NCBI GenBank assembly: GCA_964630825.1
Contig: CAZVZR010000002.1
Location: 19,648-83,647, forward strand
Reading direction: 5' to 3'
From: an uncultured Planctomycetales bacterium
GTDB taxonomy: Bacteria; Omnitrophota; Gorgyraeia; Zapsychrales; Zapsychraceae
Length of the DNA stretch: 64,000 nt
Part shown: positions 9,581-17,950 of the stretch, piece by piece
Layout of the letters: every line of letters begins with the position of its first letter
Numbering within the stretch: position 1 is the first letter of the stretch
Made by a program: the position numbers and the translations under genes
Notes under the pieces: generated by a model
The model's database searches: none
Told to the model about the DNA's origin: nothing
What the model saw: the letters and a program-made list of their open reading frames with translations, nothing else

Positions 9581-10461
9581 CGAATCCTTTCGTCACGGTC
9601 ATTATTCCTGTTTATAACGGGGCATCGACATTGCAACAATGTTTGCGGTCGGTCTTAAATCAAGAATATTCTCACTTTGAGATTGTCGTTGTTGATAATA
9701 ATTCCACTGATACATCAAGAAGAGTTATTCAAGAAGTGCAAAAGAACGAGAAAAAATTGAGTTATATTTTTGAGCCAATGCAAGCAAGGGGCGCTGCCCG
9801 GAATGCGGGTATTAATGCCGCTTGCGGCGAGATTATTTTAATGACCGATCAACATTGTTTCGTGCCTAGCGATTGGATAAAAAAGCTCATTGGGCCCATT
9901 ATTAACGAAGGTGAATTTATTGTTATGGGAGGTGAGCGCGACGCGGTTGGCCGTTTTTGGACAAAAATTATCAGTCAGCGTAATAAGGAATTTCGTGCCC
10001 GAAACCGCAATGGTTTATATATAAAGTATCTGGATACAAAAAATTTCGCCGCGCGTAAAGATGTCCTCAGGCAATATATGTTTAATCCACAACAAAGAAA
10101 TTTAGAAGACATTGAATTTTCTTTGAGGATTGCCGGTAATATTCGTATCCGTTATATGCCTGAAGTTTACGTTGATTATTTTCGTCCGATTTCGCTGGGG
10201 CGCTTGGCTAAAAATAGTTTTTCCCGGGGTTTTTGGGCTAGGAAGATTTATGACAATTATAAAAATAAACCGAATCTTGAGAGAATGCCGATGCTGGAGA
10301 GCATGTCGTTAAAGAACCAATTGGCCTTTATCCCGTGGGCAATATACCAGTTCATAAAGAAGCCGTTTAGTGAAGCATTTTTTATATTGGTTGCCGACGG
10401 GTCCTGGAGGTTGGGCGCCTTGGCGTCCCAACTAAATAAGAGAGTTGAAAGCTTTACTTAA
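9562..10461 (+). CDS. Family 2 glycosyltransferase, paralogue B of a tandem pair
   Basis: VTVIIPVYNGASTLQQCLRSVLNQEYSHFEIVVVDNNS. About 50 % identical to the preceding gene along its whole length (NFAARKDVLRQYMFNP vs NFAARKEVFQEFMFDP). Confidence 0.8.
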   Translation: MGSAELTNPFVTVIIPVYNGASTLQQCLRSVLNQEYSHFEIVVVDNNSTDTSRRVIQEVQKNEKKLSYIFEPMQARGAARNAGINAACGEIILMTDQHCFVPSDWIKKLIGPIINEGEFIVMGGERDAVGRFWTKIISQRNKEFRARNRNGLYIKYLDTKNFAARKDVLRQYMFNPQQRNLEDIEFSLRIAGNIRIRYMPEVYVDYFRPISLGRLAKNSFSRGFWARKIYDNYKNKPNLERMPMLESMSLKNQLAFIPWAIYQFIKKPFSEAFFILVADGSWRLGALASQLNKRVESFT

Positions 10462-10540
10462 AAAGTCTTCTTGCCTATAGGCCCAGCTGTTGTTATGTAA
10501 ACTTAAAGATTCCGGCTCGTAAACAGGTACATCTATTCCG

Positions 10541-11641
10541 CTATCCACCTGAAGGGCTTTTATCCAAAAGGTATAAAAACATAACGGCCATTGCTGTTTT
10601 ATTTTCAGAGCTTGTGTTGTTATAAACGCTGATTAATTCATATCGATGATTTTTATAAACGGGTATGCCCTCTTGGCTGGAAAAGTCATGGAAGGGAGCG
10701 AGGCTTTTTTGGTCCGGAGTATTTTGGACGGAACTTTTAAACAGAGACACATTGTCGGTAGCGTCCCTTAATTCAATAGATTCCGCGAAGGGATGTACAT
10801 GAAAGTTAATGTAATGGATAGTGGTGTCGTAGGGAATGGCTAGGTATTTGGTTATATCAGAACGGTTTATATCCCGGCCCGGTTTAACCAGCCAGTGAAG
10901 GGTGACAAAATCATCGGAAACATTAGAGCAGTTTCTTTCATTGACCCCACCAAAATGAAAGGGGAAGCCTTTATTGCGACAATTTAATCCGAATAAATAT
11001 TTTACATCGAACCAAAAATCGTTCCAGGAACGCAGGTGGGAGAAGAGGCCGAATTTTTCGCCTTTTTTAAAGGCAATCGCTGTACGCAAGAAAAGCGGTT
11101 TAAGCGGATGAGTGAGCGCATGATCGTCAATTACATGAACGGTTGATTTATTCCTGACGGTAATCTTTTCATGCGTATCATCTGGGTTGAGTACTTGAGA
11201 AAATAAGGTTAATTTTGTGTCACCTGATGTGGGAATGCCAAAACCTTCAGGGAAACGGATATTTTCTTGCCCCTGAGAAATCGTCACCAAGGCTTTATCA
11301 CCCCTGGTAATGACGCTGTGGCAGAGGTATTTTTGTGGTTCCGGTAAGGCGGCATTTTCGCTTAATATTTCAACATCATATCCGGTAATCCAGAGTTGAT
11401 CGGCTTTGTTATCTTGGCTTATTGAGAATTCGTGCGTACTGTACGGCCCCTCCATATTCAAATATTTTTTGTCCAAGGTATAACTCTCCGATACAATTTC
11501 TGTGGCAAAAGGAAAATAGGTAACCGTTCCTGGTTCTCTTGACTTCTTTTTGACTACATGGCATTCCTGGCCGAAGATAGTTTGGCAGTGAAAAAGAAAG
11601 AGGATAAGGAGCATACATTGGTATATTTTGGGGCTGGTCAT
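10541..11641 (-). CDS. Secreted protein of unknown function (signal peptide, His-rich conserved blocks)
   Basis: N-terminus MTSPKIYQCMLLILFLFHCQTIFGQE is signal-peptide-like. The 366-aa ORF diverges from a shared AT-rich intergenic region. No recognisable catalytic motif apart from His clusters (HVIDDHALTH, FHVHPF). Confidence 0.55.
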   Translation of the reverse strand: MTSPKIYQCMLLILFLFHCQTIFGQECHVVKKKSREPGTVTYFPFATEIVSESYTLDKKYLNMEGPYSTHEFSISQDNKADQLWITGYDVEILSENAALPEPQKYLCHSVITRGDKALVTISQGQENIRFPEGFGIPTSGDTKLTLFSQVLNPDDTHEKITVRNKSTVHVIDDHALTHPLKPLFLRTAIAFKKGEKFGLFSHLRSWNDFWFDVKYLFGLNCRNKGFPFHFGGVNERNCSNVSDDFVTLHWLVKPGRDINRSDITKYLAIPYDTTIHYINFHVHPFAESIELRDATDNVSLFKSSVQNTPDQKSLAPFHDFSSQEGIPVYKNHRYELISVYNNTSSENKTAMAVMFLYLLDKSPSGG

Positions 11642-11804
11642 TTTTTAAAAAAATATTTTCTTAATAATCTAGTATTTCGACAACGGCGGTGTATGTAAGT
11701 TTTAAAATGAAGAAATTAATTTGTCCGGCCAATAATTTCGTATATACTAAACTGTCTTTACCTAAATTGTCAAATTGATTGAGATTAGAATATTTTAACA
11801 AAAA

Positions 11805-12815
11805 ATGAGAAAAAAATTATTTTTAATTCTTATATTTTCTTTTTTATGCGGAGTATATCTTACTAATCGGCTGTCTTGGAGGGGGGGATTAGAGAAGGTG
11901 CCTTTCAACAACGATCCTATTCATAAGAAAGATGAGATCTTTTGGCATAATTTTATGCTTTTTCTGGATGAAGACAATCGCGTTATAAAGACACTGCATG
12001 AAAATAACGGTTGGCTATTATTGGAAGCAATTATGCGTGAAAAACTTGATGGGGTCGTTCCGGAAAGATTAAAAATATTGGCGCGCAGTTTTGGGAATGA
12101 GGCAGGCTTGTGGGGCTGGTGGCCTGAAAATGTTATGAAGACAGGCAGAAGATACTTTATACCAGCGCCTCATTTAAAAACGTATAAGTCTTATGACGTC
12201 GATGATACGGCGTGGGGGGCCAAATTAAATCATCGGCTTTTAACCGAGGAAATTGTTAAGAATTTTATGTATGATACTGATCTATCTGGAGATTTTCAGT
12301 CACGCTGTGCGGAAATCAAATGCCAAAAACAGTTTATATTGCGGTTATGGAAAGATATTCAGAATCTCCCCCCAAAATATAACATCAATATTGTCTGCAT
12401 CGCCAATGCCATTTCGGTTTTGGACTTAAACTCAGGCCAAAATCGGGTTATATTTGAAGAGAATAAAAAGTTTATAAATCATATCGTGGAAAATTTTGAC
12501 TATAACGAGTATTTTGAGTTCTATGCCCCCAAAATTACCGGAACATTTCTATTGCTTTTCTATGACAAGGAATATAGAAACTTTCTATCGAACGCCGCTA
12601 GAGATAAATTGATGAAAGATCTGTTGGCGCATTATGAGGAATTGCAAGACGCGGCCATTGAGGCTAAATGGGGTGTGAGTGAGAGGGTCTTACTTAATGT
12701 CGGCGGGTATAATATCACTGCCGTTAACGCTAAAATACCGCAATTAATGTATGCTTATGTGATAAAAAATTGGTTGAAAGAAAATGCACAACAGCCAGCC
12801 ACAACCGCAAATTAA
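11805..12815 (+). CDS. Hypothetical protein with an N-terminal membrane anchor
   Basis: A 336-aa ORF with an N-terminal hydrophobic helix (LFLILIFSFLCGVYL), plausible coding composition and no recognisable domain. Confidence 0.5.
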   Translation: MRKKLFLILIFSFLCGVYLTNRLSWRGGLEKVPFNNDPIHKKDEIFWHNFMLFLDEDNRVIKTLHENNGWLLLEAIMREKLDGVVPERLKILARSFGNEAGLWGWWPENVMKTGRRYFIPAPHLKTYKSYDVDDTAWGAKLNHRLLTEEIVKNFMYDTDLSGDFQSRCAEIKCQKQFILRLWKDIQNLPPKYNINIVCIANAISVLDLNSGQNRVIFEENKKFINHIVENFDYNEYFEFYAPKITGTFLLLFYDKEYRNFLSNAARDKLMKDLLAHYEELQDAAIEAKWGVSERVLLNVGGYNITAVNAKIPQLMYAYVIKNWLKENAQQPATTAN

Positions 12816-14295
12816 ATCTATGAATGTCATCCTCGTCGCTGTCCAGGGACAGCTTGCTAATGACGGGACGCGCTTGATCTCTTCTTTATTGAAAAGAGAG
12901 GGACACCGCGTTAAAACCGTTTTTTTGGCGCGTTACGCACCTATTCTTTATCAAGATCAAGAAATAGAGGAGCTCGACGACATCCTTCGGGATGGGGACC
13001 TTGTCCTTATGTCTGTTTACAGCTGTTACGTTGGAAGAGCCATTCAGATCACCAATTATATTCATAAAGAATACCCGGGGATGAAAGTCATTTGGGGCGG
13101 GCCACACTGCATCGGCGCCGCCGAACTAAGCCTGCGTTACGCCGATGGTGTTTGCTTTGCTGAGGCTGAAGATGCGATCGTTGAGCTGGTTAACAAATTG
13201 GCAGCCAGAGAAGATTATCAAGGTATTCGTAATATGGCATTTAAAGAAAAAGGGTCGCCTATTATAAACAGCGTGCGGCCGGCGATAATGGATCTGGACA
13301 GGCTTCCTTATTTTGATTATGACAGGAAGGATCATTTTATATTAGACAAAGAACTTTTGCCGATGACACCGGAATTGTTTGTTAAGAACCATTGCAAGTA
13401 TCCTTTTAATCGCCCGATGTTGCATGTTTTGACCACCAGGGGCTGTCCTTTAAAATGTACTTTTTGTAATAATGTCCGGTTTACGGAAATGTATGGAAAG
13501 AACCGCCTTCGGTTTCGCAGCTTTGAAAATGTTATCGGCGAAATCGAGTATATATTCAATAAAATCGATTGTTTTGATGAAGTAGGTTTTGCCGACGATG
13601 ATTTTCTGGCCAGGCCGGCGAAGGAACTGGCAGAGTTTGCCCAGCAATATAAAAAAAGAATAGGCCGGCCTTTTGCTCTGGCGACGTCGCCTACAACTTA
13701 TCAAAAAGAAAAGATGGAAATCTTGCTTGATGCCGGCCTTGTTTTTATCCAAATCGGGGCGCAATCAGGCAGCGAGCGCGTTTTAAAGGAGGTTTATGAC
13801 AGGCATATCCCTATTAAAAAGACCTTGGATGTTGTGCGTCAGGTTTCTTCTTACCAAAAATCACACGGTATGCAGTTGGTTATGGACTTTATTGTCGATA
13901 ATCCCTACGAGACACCGGAGGATATTATTCAGACATACCATCATTTTGTAGACATTCTCGGTTATGGGGTCGGTATCAATATTTTTCCGCTTTCTTTTTA
14001 TCCCGGCACACCGCTTTTTAAGAAAGCCCTTCAGGATGGCCTTATCAGCCCGGAAGGCATGGAACTTTTCCGTCCAGGGAAAGATCCTGACTCACGGTTT
14101 CAGAATAATTATCCAATGGTGCTCTTATTGTTGGCGTATGTTTTATATCAGCGGAATTTATTTTTTAGAGTGCCCAGGCGTTTGTTAAAGTTTCTCGGAA
14201 GCCCGGGAGTATGCAAAATTGCTTCAATTTTACCGCGAAGTTTTTATGCCTTTCTGTTGAAAGTTGTAAATCATTTCACCATTAAATTTGGTTAA
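12784..14295 (+). CDS. B12-binding-domain radical SAM enzyme (class-B-like)
   Basis: N-terminal Rossmann-like cobalamin-binding-type domain (MNVILVAVQG...VIWGGPH). Radical SAM motif CPLKCTFC. The start may be the internal Met at 12820. Confidence 0.75.
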   Translation: MHNSQPQPQIKSMNVILVAVQGQLANDGTRLISSLLKREGHRVKTVFLARYAPILYQDQEIEELDDILRDGDLVLMSVYSCYVGRAIQITNYIHKEYPGMKVIWGGPHCIGAAELSLRYADGVCFAEAEDAIVELVNKLAAREDYQGIRNMAFKEKGSPIINSVRPAIMDLDRLPYFDYDRKDHFILDKELLPMTPELFVKNHCKYPFNRPMLHVLTTRGCPLKCTFCNNVRFTEMYGKNRLRFRSFENVIGEIEYIFNKIDCFDEVGFADDDFLARPAKELAEFAQQYKKRIGRPFALATSPTTYQKEKMEILLDAGLVFIQIGAQSGSERVLKEVYDRHIPIKKTLDVVRQVSSYQKSHGMQLVMDFIVDNPYETPEDIIQTYHHFVDILGYGVGINIFPLSFYPGTPLFKKALQDGLISPEGMELFRPGKDPDSRFQNNYPMVLLLLAYVLYQRNLFFRVPRRLLKFLGSPGVCKIASILPRSFYAFLLKVVNHFTIKFG

Positions 14296-14353
14296 GTGGC
14301 CGGGGAATTTTTTGCATTTTTTGGACTTAAATTCCTTAGGGCTTAATGAGTTA

Positions 14354-16486
14354 ATGCCTAATATGAAAATAAAAATTATTGGGATTTTTATATTCATCGC
14401 AGTGGCCTGCCTACTTATCTTTCTTAGGAAAGAAGTTTTAATATCAAAAAATTATTCTCTGCAGTCTTTAATGCAACGGCGGATAGTAGATTTAAAAAGG
14501 GACTTAAGGAGGTTACCTAAGGGACACCAGTTGGAAAGATTTAATATTTTAGGCGAATTGGGTTTTTCGGCTCTTATTCTCAACCGGCATGAGGAGTCCG
14601 AATCATATTATTTAGAAGCTCGGGAAGTACTTAAAAATCTGCAATTAACGAAGTATGAATTGGTGGAGAACGCTCAACCGTTTTATCTGGATATGGCGCT
14701 GAATTATTTGAAATGGGCGGATAAAGATAACGCAAAAGAGAAGAAAATTCAGAAAGCAACAGCTCTTTTATACGAATACCTAGGGTTAGACCATGATAAT
14801 CTGACAGCTTATTGGTTACTCAACTTATGTTATTTAAAGCTCGAGCGCTACGATGAGCTTGAAGAAAAGTACAAGGTGCTGTTTCCTGGTTTAGGAGCGC
14901 AGGGTAGTTTATCTTTGTTTAAAAATATTGCGCCTAAATTAAAGGTGGATGTCTTGGGATACCTAGGTGGTATAGTTATCGAGGATTTTGATAATGATGG
15001 GTTCCTGGACATTATGGTATCTGATTATGATGCCGGGGCTCAGTTGCGGTATTTTCATAATAATGGTAACGGATCATTTACGGATAAAACTCAGGAAGCT
15101 CATTTGACTGGAGTTGTGGGCGGGCGGAATCTCGTGCAAGCAGATTATGATAATGATGGCTTTATTGATGTCTTTGTTGTGCGCGGTGTTGGGTATGATG
15201 GCTCAAATTTACTTTTGCATAATAACGGTGATGGTACGTTTAGTGACGTGACATTCGAGGCTGCACCAAGCGGCATGGGTTCTTTTTCCATGGTGGCGGC
15301 ATGGTCGGATTTTGATAATGACGGCGATCTCGATCTTTTCGTCGGTAATGCGGTCGGGAGAATCACCGATACATTATTGAGTTATCGTTACCATAATGAA
15401 TCAAAGAGTAAGAAAGAAATTTCTTTTGAAAATTATCTCTTCCTTAATGATGGTAAGGGGCATTTTAAGAACATCGCCAAACAAGCGGGAGTTGATAGGA
15501 CTTTTTACCTGTATGGTGCAAGCTGGGGAGATTTTAATAATGATCGTTTCTCCGATCTTTATGTTTCAACATACAACGGCAATAACTTACTTTTTCGCAA
15601 TAATCGTGATGGAACGTTTACTGATGTATCTGAAGTATTTGGGCCAACTAAGCCTTGGACCGGGTCATCGGCATGGTTTTGGGATTATAATAACGACGGT
15701 AATTTGGATATTTTTGCTTCACAAAATCATTTAGATGAAAATATAACAGTTAAAAGTTACACCTCACCACCTTATGCAGAGCAATTTTTACCGGCTCTTT
15801 ATGAGGGCAGCAAGGACGGCCGATTCCGTAATGTAGCGCCGAAAAAAGGTTTTCAAGTTGCTTCGTCTTCACCCGGCTCTAATTTCGCTGATTTGGATAA
15901 TGACGGTTATCCAGATATATTCTTGGGTAATTTGGGACTATTTGTTTATGGCTTATCTGTTAACAGAATTTATCATAATAGACAAGGCGAAAGTTTTGAC
16001 GTCGCGGGGAATTGGATCGGGGCGGATATTATCCATCAAGATATTGGCGGTGTTGCTTTCGGGGATTTGGATAATGACGGAGATCAGGATATTTATTTAA
16101 ATACCGGGGGAGTGATTTGGCAGGACAATGATGTATTATTAGAAAATCCCGGATTTGGCAACAATTGGATAAAGATCAGGTTAGTTGGAAAAGTTTCTAA
16201 CCGTTCGGCAATCGGCGCTCGGATAAGGGCTGATATAATCGAAGGAAATCAGAAGCGAAGCGTCTATGCTTATGTTGATAGCGGTGGGAAGTGTGGGTCT
16301 AACAGTTTACAGCAGCATTTGGGTTTAGGCAAAGCGGTGAATGTAGATACACTTGAAATTTACTGGCCGACATCAAATACAACTCAAGTATTTCATAATG
16401 TACCGGCGAATGTGTCGCTTAAAATTGTCGAAGGTGAGGATAAATACAGCGTTATTGAGTTACCAGCCGTGAATAATTCTCGGTAA
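14354..16486 (+). CDS. CRTAC1-family protein: TPR-like N-terminus, FG-GAP/VCBS repeats and a C-terminal ASPIC/UnbV domain
   Basis: Repeated FDNDGFLDIMVS, YDNDGFIDVFVV and FDNDGDLDLFVGN blocks. C-terminal NNWIKIRLVGKVSNRSAIGARIRA (ASPIC/UnbV). Signal-anchor MPNMKIKIIGIFIFIAVACLLIF. Start chosen at the first in-frame ATG. Confidence 0.75.
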   Translation: MPNMKIKIIGIFIFIAVACLLIFLRKEVLISKNYSLQSLMQRRIVDLKRDLRRLPKGHQLERFNILGELGFSALILNRHEESESYYLEAREVLKNLQLTKYELVENAQPFYLDMALNYLKWADKDNAKEKKIQKATALLYEYLGLDHDNLTAYWLLNLCYLKLERYDELEEKYKVLFPGLGAQGSLSLFKNIAPKLKVDVLGYLGGIVIEDFDNDGFLDIMVSDYDAGAQLRYFHNNGNGSFTDKTQEAHLTGVVGGRNLVQADYDNDGFIDVFVVRGVGYDGSNLLLHNNGDGTFSDVTFEAAPSGMGSFSMVAAWSDFDNDGDLDLFVGNAVGRITDTLLSYRYHNESKSKKEISFENYLFLNDGKGHFKNIAKQAGVDRTFYLYGASWGDFNNDRFSDLYVSTYNGNNLLFRNNRDGTFTDVSEVFGPTKPWTGSSAWFWDYNNDGNLDIFASQNHLDENITVKSYTSPPYAEQFLPALYEGSKDGRFRNVAPKKGFQVASSSPGSNFADLDNDGYPDIFLGNLGLFVYGLSVNRIYHNRQGESFDVAGNWIGADIIHQDIGGVAFGDLDNDGDQDIYLNTGGVIWQDNDVLLENPGFGNNWIKIRLVGKVSNRSAIGARIRADIIEGNQKRSVYAYVDSGGKCGSNSLQQHLGLGKAVNVDTLEIYWPTSNTTQVFHNVPANVSLKIVEGEDKYSVIELPAVNNSR

Positions 16487-17183
16487 TTTCACGAGAATTT
16501 CCCTCCTCTAAAATTTTTCCCTTCTTTAACCAAATCACGCGGTCACAGCTTTTCAAATGGGCCATATTATGATCGACAAAAATAATTGTTGTTCCTTCCG
16601 CCGCTTTTTTGATTAATGCCTGTTTAAATAATTCAACATACTGTTGATCAAGATTATTTGCCGGCTCATCTAAAAGAAGGATATCGGGGTCACAATGCAT
16701 GGCTATGGCAAAGATGAAACGGCTTATCATTCCCATGGATAACTGATTGAGCTTTGTGTCTTGGCGGCCTTGAAGCCCGGCCATTTTGATAATAGAAGGA
16801 ATTTTTTCTTTAATGGTTTTTCGGGTAAGTCCAAATAAGGAGCAATATAAATAGATATTATCAAGAAGCGTTAAACGGATTCTAAAGGCTTGGCTTAGGC
16901 CAATGAAGGAAACAATATGCCCGTGCACCTTGATTTCCCCTTGGTCGGGCGTGTAAATACCGGCAATGAGGCTTATCAAAGTAGTTTTTCCTGCACCATT
17001 GTCACCTATAATTCCGACGATTTCTCCGGCTTTAATGGAAAAGGAAACATTTTGTATGGCCCACAGGTATTTTTGGGTTTCTTCTTTAGCGAAAAATTGA
17101 ATAAACTTAGTCAGCGAATCTTGAGGATGAGAATCCCGGACAAGAAACCGTTTCGATAAATTATTGACGACGATGCGGTCCAT
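16452..17183 (-). CDS. ABC transporter ATP-binding protein, Wzt/TagH/KpsT-like polysaccharide exporter, lacking a C-terminal carbohydrate-binding domain
   Basis: Walker A GIIGDNGAGKTTL. Signature LSMGMISR. Walker B ILLLDEP. The 3' end overlaps the convergent CRTAC1-like gene by 35 nt. Confidence 0.8.
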   Translation of the reverse strand: MDRIVVNNLSKRFLVRDSHPQDSLTKFIQFFAKEETQKYLWAIQNVSFSIKAGEIVGIIGDNGAGKTTLISLIAGIYTPDQGEIKVHGHIVSFIGLSQAFRIRLTLLDNIYLYCSLFGLTRKTIKEKIPSIIKMAGLQGRQDTKLNQLSMGMISRFIFAIAMHCDPDILLLDEPANNLDQQYVELFKQALIKKAAEGTTIIFVDHNMAHLKSCDRVIWLKKGKILEEGNSREITENYSRLVTQ

Positions 17184-17824
17184 TAGATAAATTCAGGGAT
17201 TTTTTTTGTTAATTTTTGAAATAACATATGCCCTATTAAAAAAAATAGCAGGCTTTGAACAACCAAGCCTCCAACTAGCCAAGCCTGAGGCAGGCGTTCA
17301 TAAATAATCAAATCTCTGGCGATGGTGATGAAATAGTAGAGAGGATTGATTTTGTTAATTAAAAACAGCACGGGATAATCATTAGCGGAGTAAAAAATGG
17401 GAGTGGCAAACCAAAATAACTGTGAGACAAAAAGCCAAATATTGCTTAAGTCCTTAAAATGAACGGTTAAGGAAGATAAAGCCAGGCAAACTCCATAGCT
17501 GAAAATCATAAAAAATAATAAAAGTAACGGGTAATACAATAGATTAAAGAGCGATAATTTGAAGTATAGCAAGAAAATCGCGAAGACAAAAATTTCAAAC
17601 AAATGGGCATAAAAATTTTTTAAGATAATACAGCCAATAAGAGCTTCTAAAGGAAATTTTATAGATTTGATGACAACACGGCTTTCATCCAGAATGCGAG
17701 TTGCTTCGGCAGTGACAAGGCGAAAATAGTTAAAGAGAATAACTCCTAAAAGAAGATAGAGAGGATATCCGGGCACACTAGTACCGAGATTGTGGGAGAA
17801 TATTACTAAGAGGAGGGTAAACAA
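17183..17824 (-). CDS. ABC-2 type transporter permease (Wzm/TagG-like)
   Basis: Six hydrophobic helices. Immediately upstream of, and start/stop-coupled to, the ATPase gene. Confidence 0.7.
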   Translation of the reverse strand: MFTLLLVIFSHNLGTSVPGYPLYLLLGVILFNYFRLVTAEATRILDESRVVIKSIKFPLEALIGCIILKNFYAHLFEIFVFAIFLLYFKLSLFNLLYYPLLLLFFMIFSYGVCLALSSLTVHFKDLSNIWLFVSQLFWFATPIFYSANDYPVLFLINKINPLYYFITIARDLIIYERLPQAWLVGGLVVQSLLFFLIGHMLFQKLTKKIPEFI

Positions 17825-17950
17825 TAAGAGAGGGTTTAATAAATACCAGAGGATGCCCAGGAAATTTCCTTCATTTTTTAATTTAAACTCGGCTCGGGCT
17901 AATGCTATACTTAATTTTAAACTTTCTAACGAAATTGAAATCTCCTTTTT

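Noticed and set aside
16452-16486. The 35-nt convergent overlap of the CRTAC1-like gene and the ABC ATPase gene, as evidence of mis-assembly
   Set aside because: Both reading frames are intact with conserved C-terminal motifs. Convergent 3' overlaps of this size are common in compact genomes.
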